Assembly (NCBI GenBank): GCA_019058315.1
Contig: JAHPZH010000002.1
Location: 448,001 to 512,000 of the forward strand
Direction: 5' to 3'
Length of the DNA stretch: 64,000 nucleotides
DNA from: Candidatus Helarchaeota archaeon
GTDB lineage: Archaea > Asgardarchaeota > Lokiarchaeia > Helarchaeales > RDOG01
The notes below the pieces were generated by a model. It made no database searches, was not told the DNA's origin, and saw only the letters and a program-made list of their open reading frames with translations. Made by a program: the position numbers and the translations under genes. Positions 10,709-20,221 of the stretch are shown one piece after another; within the stretch, counting starts at the first letter, position 1, and each line of letters begins with the position of its first letter.

Positions 10709-10806
10709 CTTTAAATTTTTAGTTGTAATAAATACACAAAAAAAATCGAAAACTTATTAAGATTTTTTACTTTTTTCAAATTAAGTATTTAGGACTGATA
10801 TTAAAT

Positions 10807-10980
10807 ATGCAAAAAATAAAGTTAAACTGTAGTGGTTGCGGCAGAATTATCGAATCTACCAATAAAGCTGTTAAATTTACTTGTCCTAACTGTGGAGAAT
10901 ATGAAATTTGGAGATGTGAACGCTGTCGCAAGTTTAGTAGAAGTTATCGCTGTGCAAAATGCGATTTTATAGGTCCTTAA
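10807..10980 (+). CDS. Zn-ribbon RNA-binding protein (COG2888/DUF1610-like), missed by ORF track
   Basis: MQKIKLNCSGCGRIIESTNKAVKFTCPNCGEYEIWRCERCRKFSRSYRCAKCDFIGP. Four CxxC pairs, in the usual position upstream of EF-1beta. Confidence 0.92.
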   Translation: MQKIKLNCSGCGRIIESTNKAVKFTCPNCGEYEIWRCERCRKFSRSYRCAKCDFIGP

Positions 10981-11082
10981 ATTATTTAACTCTTTTTAAT
11001 TTAATAATTAGTATATTATTTTTAGAAAATGTTAATTAGAATTAAAGGTGAAAAATAAAATCAATAAACGAGATGAAGCACT

Positions 11083-11364
11083 TTGGCAAAAAGGATATTA
11101 GCCATTATGAAGGTCCTTCCCGAATCTACAGAAGTAGATTTTGAAAATTTAAAAAAGCAAATAGCAGATGCATTACCAGAAGGATTCGAGTTACAAAAAG
11201 GATCTTTCAAAACAGATTATATTGCATTTGGACTTGAGAGTTTAAATTTTAGACTATTTTGTCCTAATGAAGATGGAATAACGGATAAGATCGAAGAAAT
11301 TTTAGGAAATATAAATGGAGTTCAACGTGCAGAGACAGTTATGATGAGTTTAACTGATTTATAA
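11083..11364 (+). CDS. ef1b: Translation elongation factor aEF-1beta
   Basis: MKVLPESTEVDF, IAFGLESL, GITDKIEE..GVQRAE. Confidence 0.92.
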   Translation: MAKRILAIMKVLPESTEVDFENLKKQIADALPEGFELQKGSFKTDYIAFGLESLNFRLFCPNEDGITDKIEEILGNINGVQRAETVMMSLTDL

Positions 11365-11382
11365 AACCAAAATGTGTTATTT

Positions 11383-12270
11383 ATGATCCCAGAGGAATAT
11401 TATAAAGCTGGGAATATTCTTGCAAAAGCAATTTACAAAACCAAAGATATAATAAAACCTGGAATTCCAATTATTGAAATTTGTGAATTTGTTGAGGGCG
11501 AAATCGAAAAATTAGGAGCTAAACTTTCTTTTCCCGCGAATGTGGATATAAACGAGATCGGGGCACATTATACAAGCCCCCCAAATGATAAATCAATAAT
11601 TCCAGATAATTCAGTAGTAAAACTAGACGCAGGCTCCCATATTAATGGTTTTATCAATGATATGGCAATTACTATAAATTTGGGAGAAGAAAAATATAAT
11701 GAATATATAGAAGCAGCAGAGGAAGGTTTAGCCACTGCCATTAAACACATTAAACCAGGTGTTAAAGTGGATTTAATAGGTGAAATGGTAGAAAAAAAAA
11801 TTAAGAGTTACGATTTAAAACCCATAAGTAATTTATCAGGTCATCAATTAAAACAATATAATCTACATGCTGGTCAATCCATTCCCAGCGTAAAGTCAGG
11901 TGAAGAAGGACATTTTAAAATTAATGAAGTTTATGCTTTAGAACCATTCGTAGCTAGCAAAGCAGCTGCAGGTAGAGTAAAATCGGGTAAAGAAGCATAT
12001 ATATTTCAATTTATAAAAAGGAAAAAAAACCTAGTTAAATTTCTAGCTCAACCCGCTGATGAAATAAGAAGAAAATTTAATAGACTTCCATTCTGTCTCA
12101 GATGGTTACCTGAAAAATATCATACATCAGATATCATCAAACGTCTAACTTCAATTGGAATTATCCATGACTTTCCTGTGTTAATTGAAGCTCGAAAAGG
12201 GATTGTAGCTCAAGCAGAAAAAACAATTGTTGTAACTAGCGATGGATGTGAAGTGCTAACTTGTCTTTAA
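11383..12270 (+). CDS. map: Methionine aminopeptidase type II
   Basis: FPANVDINEIGAHYT, KLDAGSHINGFINDMA, NLSGH, YALEPF, VAQAEKT. Confidence 0.93.
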   Translation: MIPEEYYKAGNILAKAIYKTKDIIKPGIPIIEICEFVEGEIEKLGAKLSFPANVDINEIGAHYTSPPNDKSIIPDNSVVKLDAGSHINGFINDMAITINLGEEKYNEYIEAAEEGLATAIKHIKPGVKVDLIGEMVEKKIKSYDLKPISNLSGHQLKQYNLHAGQSIPSVKSGEEGHFKINEVYALEPFVASKAAAGRVKSGKEAYIFQFIKRKKNLVKFLAQPADEIRRKFNRLPFCLRWLPEKYHTSDIIKRLTSIGIIHDFPVLIEARKGIVAQAEKTIVVTSDGCEVLTCL

Positions 12271-12330
12271 ATAATACTGAATTGAGATAACCTCTATTAT
12301 TAAAATACTATCAAATTGAAAATAAATATT

Positions 12331-13011
12331 TCAAATTCCAATATCTAATGTTTTATTTAGATAGTGTTGAGCTTGCATTTCAATTATTTCTCCATCTATC
12401 TCTTTCATATTTATACCATAAATTTCCCCCTCAACTGTGAGTTCATCTCCTATATTTATATATAAGAAATAAGGTATAGAATCTATCTCAAGATGAACTG
12501 TTAATTCTTCTGGTAGTCCTAGTATTTCTTCATCTAATCTTAAACCTATGCTTAAATAGCTCCAGATTATAGTCTCTTTAGAATAAGGTCTTGAACCTCT
12601 ATTTCTCATTATTGAGGTTACTTTTCCATTAATTTCTCCTTTGTAATATGTTTTCTTTGATTTATTTATTCTTATTCCAATCCCAGACTTAATAGTTTCA
12701 TTATACATGGTCTGTGCATTCATAACACACCAATTAACATCCCAATAATATAGGTTGCCATCTGATATAACGCCTTCCATAGTGACTTTGTCCCCAACTC
12801 TTATAAGCGCACACCTGCACTCTTCAGTTGGAGGACGAATCGCGGCAAATAGTCTATTAGGAACACCTTCAATTAAAAACTCTGGTTCAAATAAAAAATC
12901 TGTTCCGTATCCAAAAAGATAATCTGAAAGTACTGTTCCGGATATTTTACCTTTGTATATTAGCTTTCGCTTATTTGGCTCGTCGTTAATGCTCCAGGGT
13001 AAAAACTCCAA
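12331..13011 (-). CDS. Hypothetical protein with two OB-fold-like repeats
   Basis: Internal duplication (YKGKISGTV...GDKVTMEGVI vs YKGEINGKV...GDELTVEGEI); AGGAGA SD before TTG. Confidence 0.6.
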   Translation of the reverse strand: MEFLPWSINDEPNKRKLIYKGKISGTVLSDYLFGYGTDFLFEPEFLIEGVPNRLFAAIRPPTEECRCALIRVGDKVTMEGVISDGNLYYWDVNWCVMNAQTMYNETIKSGIGIRINKSKKTYYKGEINGKVTSIMRNRGSRPYSKETIIWSYLSIGLRLDEEILGLPEELTVHLEIDSIPYFLYINIGDELTVEGEIYGINMKEIDGEIIEMQAQHYLNKTLDIGI

Positions 13012-13063
13012 TTTTAAATCTCCTTTTTTTTCTAATTTTATTTGTTGTTATAAATCTAAATTT

Positions 13064-13180
13064 CTATTTTTTTTTCTTTCTAACTATTTTAATTAGTCTA
13101 TCGCAATAATTACACGTAAATTTTACTGCGTTGTGATGAACGTGATTAATACGTTTGCATCCTGGACATCTAATTTTCAT
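13064..13180 (-). CDS. 38-aa zinc-ribbon microprotein, missed by ORF track
   Basis: MKIRCPGCKRINHVHHNAVKFTCNYCDRLIKIVRKKKK. Two CxxC pairs; co-oriented 40 nt after rfcL. Confidence 0.72.
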   Translation of the reverse strand: MKIRCPGCKRINHVHHNAVKFTCNYCDRLIKIVRKKKK

Positions 13181-13220
13181 TTTCTTACCAAACTTTATTG
13201 TAAAAATATTATAATTAGGA

Positions 13221-14471
13221 TTATGATGAGAATTTTTTTATGAATTGCTCTTCTTTCTTCTCAAAATCGAACCATTCTGCAAATTCCTTCCTTTTTTTCC
13301 TTTCATTTTCAAAAATTATATGTAAATAAGGGAGAAAATCATTAATTGCCCTTTCAACCGACACATGACACTTGGCTCTGATTTTCATTCCTATATTAGC
13401 TAATGTACCTCTATTAAATTTACCTACATTTTGGAAAAAAAAGCGTGGAGCTTTTTGAAAATATTTCACGTATCTATATGGAGTTTTCGTTCTAGAAAAC
13501 GAAACTCCCAGAGACATTAGTTCAATGAGATATGGTAATAAGGCCCATCCCGCTTTTTCTGCTTTTCTTCTTATTCTCCCATAATATATATCTGCGCGTG
13601 ATAGATAATCAAATGAATCTAATAATTCTTGATTATCCTTCATATGGTCCGGAATACATTCATTTATCCATTGTAAGAATAATCCCCAATCCAAATTCGC
13701 TTGATCAACTGCTTCTCGGATTTTATTTCTGTCAGTTTCACTAAAAATAGTTTGTAAAGAATCAAATATGGCTTTTTCTCTATTTCTATAAAATTTAAAC
13801 GCTTCTAAATCGGTCATTTTCAAATTTTGTTTACCTTGAGCAACCGCTTGAAGGTCAAGTATAGCTGCTCGTAAATCCCCATTAGCGCTTCCTGCAATAC
13901 TATCTAAAACTTCCTCCTCAGCGCTAATGCTCTCTTGATTACAAATATTTTGGAGTACTTTTTTTATGGAATTTACATTAATTCTGTTGAATCTAATGAC
14001 TTGTACTACATCCGAATTTCTAATTTGGCTTATTTTCCGATTATAAGCATCATTAGCGGTCATAATAACTGGATGTTTAGTTTTAGATAGAATTTCTTTT
14101 ACCGCACCTACACCGCCTCTATCTTGCACTCCTGAAATCCCATCAATTTCATCTACTAATATAATTCGACCTTTAGAAGATAGGATAGATCCTTCCAAAG
14201 ATGCTGAACCCACTATATGATTAATTGCATCTTTATTACGAATATCACTAGCATTTATTTCAATTAAATCATAGCCAGCAGAACCAATGACGTGTGCAGA
14301 TAACGTTATTCCAACCCCTGGAGGACCTGCTAAAAGAACTCCTTTAATTTTATTTTTAGAACTCCAATTTTTAATGAAATCTATCAATTTATTTAAGGCA
14401 GTTGGATTGCCTACTATTTCTTTAGTAGTTTTTGGTGCGTATTTATCAGTCCAAATCTCATTTTCTTCCAT
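13221..14471 (-). CDS. rfcL: Replication factor C large subunit (Walker A Lys replaced by Ile)
   Basis: WTDKYAP, GPPGVGIT, IEINASDIR, LVDEIDG, GDLRAAI, LSRADIY. Confidence 0.92.
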   Translation of the reverse strand: MEENEIWTDKYAPKTTKEIVGNPTALNKLIDFIKNWSSKNKIKGVLLAGPPGVGITLSAHVIGSAGYDLIEINASDIRNKDAINHIVGSASLEGSILSSKGRIILVDEIDGISGVQDRGGVGAVKEILSKTKHPVIMTANDAYNRKISQIRNSDVVQVIRFNRINVNSIKKVLQNICNQESISAEEEVLDSIAGSANGDLRAAILDLQAVAQGKQNLKMTDLEAFKFYRNREKAIFDSLQTIFSETDRNKIREAVDQANLDWGLFLQWINECIPDHMKDNQELLDSFDYLSRADIYYGRIRRKAEKAGWALLPYLIELMSLGVSFSRTKTPYRYVKYFQKAPRFFFQNVGKFNRGTLANIGMKIRAKCHVSVERAINDFLPYLHIIFENERKKRKEFAEWFDFEKKEEQFIKKFSS

Positions 14472-14476
14472 ACTAT

Positions 14477-15520
14477 TTAACTCTTCAATTGGTTATGTAA
14501 AGAATAAAGATAAGCCAAAAAATAACTGATTTGTATTTCTTCATTAGCTCCTTCTACAATTCTAAAATCAATTTCGCCAATTTTTTGTGAAATCTGAATC
14601 TTTAAAACTTCAGGGATTGGCAAAAATAGTAATTTTTCATATAATAAAGTTAAAATTTCTCTACCCATATATCCAAATTTTAAAAATAAATCCCGAACTT
14701 TGTTTCTTACAACATTAAAATCTTGATTAATTATACCATCTATTATTTGATTTAATAATTTATTTGGAGAAATCATATCTATTACATCATAAACAAGATC
14801 TCCATCAATTGATGAATTAAATGAGGAACAAGTTTGAAGAAGATTAATACATTTAGTCAGATCATTCTCCGTATAATATAAAATTACCTTAAAGGCATCA
14901 TTAGAAATCTTAAGTTTTTCTTTCTCGCCAACATAACGAAGAACTTGAAGAACTTTTTTATCCTCTAATATAGGGAAATTGAGCTTGACGCAGCGAGATT
15001 GAATTGGATCAATGATATTTGACATATTCCTAGCTAAAAGGATTAATCTAAAGGTTTTAGTAGATTTTTCCATCATTCTTCGTAAAGCTTGTTGTGTATT
15101 TATAGATAATAGATGAGAATTATTTATTATTAAGATGCGATACCCAATTTTTCCAAAACTTCTGAATTTTGGAAAATTTCGAATAATAGTTTGTAAAATT
15201 TGTACCCTATTAGGACTTCCACTTTTTCCTCTCCTTTTTTTTTCATATTTAGCTAATTCAAACCACCTATTTTTGAAATTTTCATAAAATAGGGCAGAAT
15301 CTTGAGTATCAATTTCTTCATAATATGACTTATACGTCCTTCCGTACAAATCTCTAATAAAACATAAAGCGGTGGACATTTTACCGCTTCCAGGTGGTCC
15401 TATAAACATTAAGTGGGGAACATTTCTTTGCTTTACTAAGGACTTTAATTCATCAATATTTCTTTGTTCAATAATTAAATTATCTAACATTAAAGGTCTA
15501 TATTTTTCACTCCACAACAA
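14477..15520 (-). CDS. rfcS: Replication factor C small subunit, degenerate RFCS2-type
   Basis: WSEKYRP, GPPGSGKM, Walker B replaced by IINNS, QQALRRMME, IQSRC, EIDFRIVEGANEEIQ. Confidence 0.88.
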   Translation of the reverse strand: MLWSEKYRPLMLDNLIIEQRNIDELKSLVKQRNVPHLMFIGPPGSGKMSTALCFIRDLYGRTYKSYYEEIDTQDSALFYENFKNRWFELAKYEKKRRGKSGSPNRVQILQTIIRNFPKFRSFGKIGYRILIINNSHLLSINTQQALRRMMEKSTKTFRLILLARNMSNIIDPIQSRCVKLNFPILEDKKVLQVLRYVGEKEKLKISNDAFKVILYYTENDLTKCINLLQTCSSFNSSIDGDLVYDVIDMISPNKLLNQIIDGIINQDFNVVRNKVRDLFLKFGYMGREILTLLYEKLLFLPIPEVLKIQISQKIGEIDFRIVEGANEEIQISYFLAYLYSLHNQLKS

Positions 15521-15659
15521 GTTATCTCACTTTAAAATAAAATTTACTAGATTCTGAGGAATAATTCTAACATTCATAAAAATTTATATAAACCATTGAT
15601 ATTAAAGAAAATTGTTTTACTTATTATTCATGTTTAATATTTTATAATCCGGTGAAATT

Positions 15660-16766
15660 ATGTCTGAAGCAAAAAAGAACTTTAATGAGGTAAGGGGTGC
15701 ATGGATTGGACTTATAGGTTCCATAGGTGCTATAATATTTGCATTGGTCTTTATCATTGGAGGTCCTATGTTTTATATTAGATATCCCGGCACAATGAAC
15801 GATATTCTAATAATGATGAATCAATTCGCTCTTCAAGCTGTGAGCGCAAATCTACAAAGAGCAAATGCTGTATCATGGTATGTTTTTGTTCCTGCAATAA
15901 TTAGTGTAATTTTCTCTTTGGTTCGTAGAAAAGCTGGAGTTAGTTTATCTGGTATTATTCTAATATTAATTATGATAAATTGCACTATAGGCTGTGTTTT
16001 ATTTTTTTCCTTTCTAACATTAGCTCAATATAGTGCTAATGATTCCTTTAGGCTTTCTCTACTAGTGATTGCAGGGGGAGGTGTTCCATCTGAAATGTTT
16101 TTATTGGATCCAGATATGTTCCATGGTGTTGAAATTACAATTGGTTGGTCAACTTGGTATTTATGGCTTCCATACCTATCGTTCATCACCTTGATCGCTA
16201 TAGGTGGCTTATATATGCTTTCAGCAAGACCTCTACCGATTGCAAAATTCAGAAGAAATCGGATGAAACATTTAGCAAAGGCAGATAATTTTGAACGTAC
16301 TGGTAAACCAATCCAAGCAATTAAATTTTATGAGAGGGCAGCAGATCTATCCATGAAATTAAAAGAAGAAGACAAGGCAACTGAATATTATTCGAAAGCT
16401 CGACAAATTCATGAGACTGCAGTTGAAGCTGTCTTAAAAATGGAAGAAGAAAAGAAAAGAAAGGAACTTGCAGCACGAAGGGCCAAATTAGAGGAAGAAA
16501 GAAAAGAAATTTTAATGAAAGCAGATGACGCAGAAGAAGCTGCGGATTGGGAGAGAGCATATCACCTTTATAGAGAAGCAGCTGACCGATCAGTCGATCT
16601 TGGACAAAAAAAATTAGCAGCACAATTCACTGCAAAATCGAAAGAACTGTTGAGAAAAGATAAAGAAAAGAAGAAGAAAGAAGAACGGAAAAAAGACGAA
16701 GAAAAGAAAAGAAAAGAAGAATATGAAAAGAAAAAGGAAGATCTGAGGAAAAAAACAGAAGGCTAA
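15660..16766 (+). CDS. Multi-TM membrane protein with two SNAP/TPR-like helical repeats and a charged coiled-coil tail
   Basis: About 4 hydrophobic segments in aa 15-190. Repeats KAD..E......A...Y..AAD.S..L....A......; K/E-rich C-terminus. Confidence 0.65.
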   Translation: MSEAKKNFNEVRGAWIGLIGSIGAIIFALVFIIGGPMFYIRYPGTMNDILIMMNQFALQAVSANLQRANAVSWYVFVPAIISVIFSLVRRKAGVSLSGIILILIMINCTIGCVLFFSFLTLAQYSANDSFRLSLLVIAGGGVPSEMFLLDPDMFHGVEITIGWSTWYLWLPYLSFITLIAIGGLYMLSARPLPIAKFRRNRMKHLAKADNFERTGKPIQAIKFYERAADLSMKLKEEDKATEYYSKARQIHETAVEAVLKMEEEKKRKELAARRAKLEEERKEILMKADDAEEAADWERAYHLYREAADRSVDLGQKKLAAQFTAKSKELLRKDKEKKKKEERKKDEEKKRKEEYEKKKEDLRKKTEG

Positions 16767-16772
16767 TTACTT

Positions 16773-18107
16773 TTAACTCTCTAATTTTTTATTTTTAATA
16801 ATCTCATCTAATAATACTGTGGCATAAGAACCTCGTTTTAAAGTAAAATCTATTTTGATCTTGTTTTTAGATTGATTAAGTTCATCTAAATCGATTTTTT
16901 TTATTTTAAAATTTAAAGGAGAAAATAATATTGGTCGAAATCCTCCTTTACGATTTAAATGAAGGATTTTGGAATTAAAATCTTTCAATTCTATTTCTTC
17001 TTCTTTTAATAATTCTCTGATATAATCTTCTTTTATTTCTGTTTGAGATCCTATAAGTGGAGCTGCTATTACAGCTTTATTTATTTCTATCAAATGCTCT
17101 AGATGAGTAAGATTCTTTTCGGAAGTAGATACAACTGCTCGAGTTGGTAATCCTTGATTATCTAAAATTAACACAAAATCATTTATCCTTAAATCGCTAA
17201 AAGCAATTTTTTTTTCTTTTCTTTTACTTAATATTTTATTAAAAATATAGGATTGATAAGCATAGATTAACATACTTTGTAGCCTATTTGGAAGTGCCTC
17301 AAATGCTTTTCTATAATCATTTGGAAATTTAGTCAAAGATTTAATCATCATTATCTCATAAAGCAAACGCTTTGGAAAATTATTTATAGCTTTTTCAAAA
17401 TCCCAATTCTCTTTTAATTCTATTCTAGCATTACTTGCATCAATTCTTTCATCTGGATACACTTTAGTTAAATATATTTTAACAGCATCTTCATAATTAC
17501 CTTTTAAAAGAGCTTTACCAACTAAATGTGATATAGGTCGAATTTTTCCAAATCTTTGCTGACCAAAATAATTAATTAAACCACTGCTGATTTCATTTCT
17601 AATAGAATTTATAACCTCCTCTATTTTTTCAGTGCTTAATTCTAAATCTCTTATAACTATTCTAAAGTGATTTCCAAATAAGTTACCAATATTTAATGCC
17701 GATTTTATATAATTATAATTACGTAGGTAGATATTTCCAAGTTCTATATTTTTAATAATATTCAAGTCTGTATCTTTAATACTGATAAATTGTGAGGTAA
17801 TAGCTTCCTTATCTTTCATCCCCGCGAATCCTATCCTGGATATAGAGATTTTTAATGAACTAGCTAATATTTGTATTGCTCTTAAGGTCTCTACACCATG
17901 CTTTTCTAAACTTAATCTAAGGTATCGGGTGGGTTCGTTTAATTTAATTTCTGAATTCTCTTTAAAACAATATGAGATTTCATTATCAAGCGAAATTTCC
18001 TCAACAATAAAATCTTTTAGGGTTTGGCGAATTTTACCACCGATACCTGGGAGCTTCGTTGAATAATAACTTAAACCCAAGGATTTTAAGTTGATTGGAC
18101 GCATCAA
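16773..18107 (-). CDS. truD: tRNA pseudouridine(13) synthase TruD/Pus7
   Basis: DFIVEEI, FAGMKDKEAITSQ, GNHFRIVIR, NYFGQQRFG, FTLKRGSYAT. Confidence 0.95.
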   Translation of the reverse strand: MMRPINLKSLGLSYYSTKLPGIGGKIRQTLKDFIVEEISLDNEISYCFKENSEIKLNEPTRYLRLSLEKHGVETLRAIQILASSLKISISRIGFAGMKDKEAITSQFISIKDTDLNIIKNIELGNIYLRNYNYIKSALNIGNLFGNHFRIVIRDLELSTEKIEEVINSIRNEISSGLINYFGQQRFGKIRPISHLVGKALLKGNYEDAVKIYLTKVYPDERIDASNARIELKENWDFEKAINNFPKRLLYEIMMIKSLTKFPNDYRKAFEALPNRLQSMLIYAYQSYIFNKILSKRKEKKIAFSDLRINDFVLILDNQGLPTRAVVSTSEKNLTHLEHLIEINKAVIAAPLIGSQTEIKEDYIRELLKEEEIELKDFNSKILHLNRKGGFRPILFSPLNFKIKKIDLDELNQSKNKIKIDFTLKRGSYATVLLDEIIKNKKLES

Positions 18108-18259
18108 GTAAGAGATTCTCCATAAATTTTAGAATATCCAAGTTAATTAATTATTCTTATTAATTATGATTTAGATTTTTTTATTTAGAATATAAGACAA
18201 ATTTTATTTCATCAAATTAAATCTAGACATTGTGAATTTATTTTTAGGAAAAAAAATCA

Positions 18260-18655
18260 ATGAAAATAAGAGATTCTAAAGCTAAAAAATTAGAAGATAA
18301 TGAGATTAAACAAATTATTTTAATTAGAACAGACTTAAAAATGACAAAAGGAAAAATTGCGGCACAAGCTGCTCATGCCGCTGTGGCGACTCAAGAGATT
18401 GTTCGTTTAAAAAATAAACACATTTGGAAAAAATGGTTATTAGAAGGTCAAAAGAAAGTAGTTTTAAAAGTAAATTCAGAAGATGAATTATTGTATTATT
18501 TTAATGAGGCAAAAAAAGTTAATTTACCTGCAGAATTGATACATGATAGGGGATTGACACAACTACCTCCAAATACATTAACAGCTTTAGGAATTGGACC
18601 AATTCTAGAAAAAGAAGCTAAAAAAATTAAGTTAGATGAATTAAAATTACTTTAA
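18260..18655 (+). CDS. pth2: Peptidyl-tRNA hydrolase Pth2
   Basis: IRTDLKMTKGKIAAQAAHA, GQKKVVLK, DRGLTQL, TALGIGP. Confidence 0.95.
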   Translation: MKIRDSKAKKLEDNEIKQIILIRTDLKMTKGKIAAQAAHAAVATQEIVRLKNKHIWKKWLLEGQKKVVLKVNSEDELLYYFNEAKKVNLPAELIHDRGLTQLPPNTLTALGIGPILEKEAKKIKLDELKLL

Positions 18656-18656
18656 A

Positions 18657-19166
18657 TTATTCAAAAGTAATACGTATTCGCTCATTTATTAGATTTGAAA
18701 TAAGATCTTCAAGAACTTCAGGTGGAGCCGGCATTTTTCTTTGATCTGACTTATATATTCTTGCTTTACTTTCCACTTCTCCAGTTGGGAGAAAAATTCT
18801 ATTAATACCGATAGCTCGTGCTGGTGCTATTAGGTCTTCGAGGATTTTTTTTACATTAGTCGTCTTTTCAATAACTCTAAATGTCTTTTTGAATTTGTCT
18901 TGTAGGGTTTTGATTACTTTACCTCTAGGTCCTATTAGCGCTGCTATATCTCCCTTCCCAACTTCCAATACTATTAAATGACCAATATCATATGCTTTAA
19001 AAAAATTAATGTCAGATAGTCCTTTAAAATCGTTTTCTAGCTCCATTAATGCATTGGAAATATCAATATCAAGCTGAGTTATTTCTCCGTATTCCAATTT
19101 TTCGTTACAATTTGCACATAGAACTCCGGTTTTTGCGCAAATTTTACAGATGGGTATTTTTCGCAT
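18657..19166 (-). CDS. Archaeal NusA-like KH-domain protein with N-terminal Zn finger
   Basis: PICKICAKTGVLCANC, KH motif LIGPRGKVIK. Confidence 0.82.
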   Translation of the reverse strand: MRKIPICKICAKTGVLCANCNEKLEYGEITQLDIDISNALMELENDFKGLSDINFFKAYDIGHLIVLEVGKGDIAALIGPRGKVIKTLQDKFKKTFRVIEKTTNVKKILEDLIAPARAIGINRIFLPTGEVESKARIYKSDQRKMPAPPEVLEDLISNLINERIRITFE

Positions 19167-19563
19167 AAATTAATCCCAAAATATTAAAATTCTTGAAACT
19201 AGTTTCTAATAATAATAATTTCTAAAATAAACTTAAAGTTTATCAACGAACGATTAATTATTTTTATTTAAAAATTTTCCTAGAATTGTTAATTTAGTTA
19301 GATTATTTTAAAAAAAAACGATTTCGGAATGATTTGTGATTTAAACCAATGATAGTAAAAATAGAGTCAATAAATCCAAAAAAATTATACCAAAATTGTA
19401 AAAAAGATTTACATATTGCGAATTAATTATAATAATTAGAGTTTTTAATTAAAAACTTAAAATAAGTGTAAATAGATGGATTCTGTTTTTTTATTAATTT
19501 GCACAAATTTAAACAAAAAATTAAGCCGTTACTACTTTTAAAATGTAATATATGGTGATTTAA

Positions 19564-20067
19564 ATGGGTGTTTTTAAACGTAAAAGTGAAAAATTAACAA
19601 CAGATATACAAAAATGGATTAAACAACTTAATGAATTAAATATAAACCAAAATAATTCAGCTAATGAATTATTTGGACAAATTGAAAAACTTTTAGCGGA
19701 AAATCAAGATGGTAAAGCTAAAATTGTTAGAAAAATTGAAGATCAAGTCTTTGATTTTCTAGAAAAAGAAAATGACTTGCTTTTTATTATAGAAAGCATA
19801 GGAGGAATTGAACTCAAAATCGTTGAAGTTGATCAAGTTTTAATCGAAATAAATGATGAACAAAAAATATTAGAAGCAATAACAGTATCAACAAAGAATT
19901 TAGCTAAATCAACCTTAGACATAAAAAAAGATATGCAAGAGAGTATAAAGAATGAAATTCAAGAAATTATAAAAGCATATAAACATAAAAGAACCCAAAT
20001 CACAAAAACAATAAATAGTATTAACGAAAAATTGTCTTCGAGTTTAAAAAAAGTTGATTTTATTTAA
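19564..20067 (+). CDS. All-helical coiled-coil hypothetical protein
   Basis: GGTGA SD; heptad-rich, Pro-free sequence; basic MGVFKRK N-terminus. Confidence 0.65.
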   Translation: MGVFKRKSEKLTTDIQKWIKQLNELNINQNNSANELFGQIEKLLAENQDGKAKIVRKIEDQVFDFLEKENDLLFIIESIGGIELKIVEVDQVLIEINDEQKILEAITVSTKNLAKSTLDIKKDMQESIKNEIQEIIKAYKHKRTQITKTINSINEKLSSSLKKVDFI

Positions 20068-20221
20068 ACTAACATCCTCTTTTTTTTAGGAACCCCATAG
20101 AAATTTATATTTATCTTACTTTTTTTAAAGCCCATGATATTTTAAAATGAAATAACTTAATTTCTAAATATAATATTATGGCAATTTATTATGGTTTTTT
20201 TAATATTCTAGATTAGGGGTT

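Noticed and set aside
15266-15293. Hairpin (CCTATTTT...AAAATAGG) within the rfcS insert, as a second mRNA intron
   Set aside because: No 4-bp central helix with 3-nt bulges can be built, the frame is intact, and RFCS2-type subunits have a protein insert at this position.
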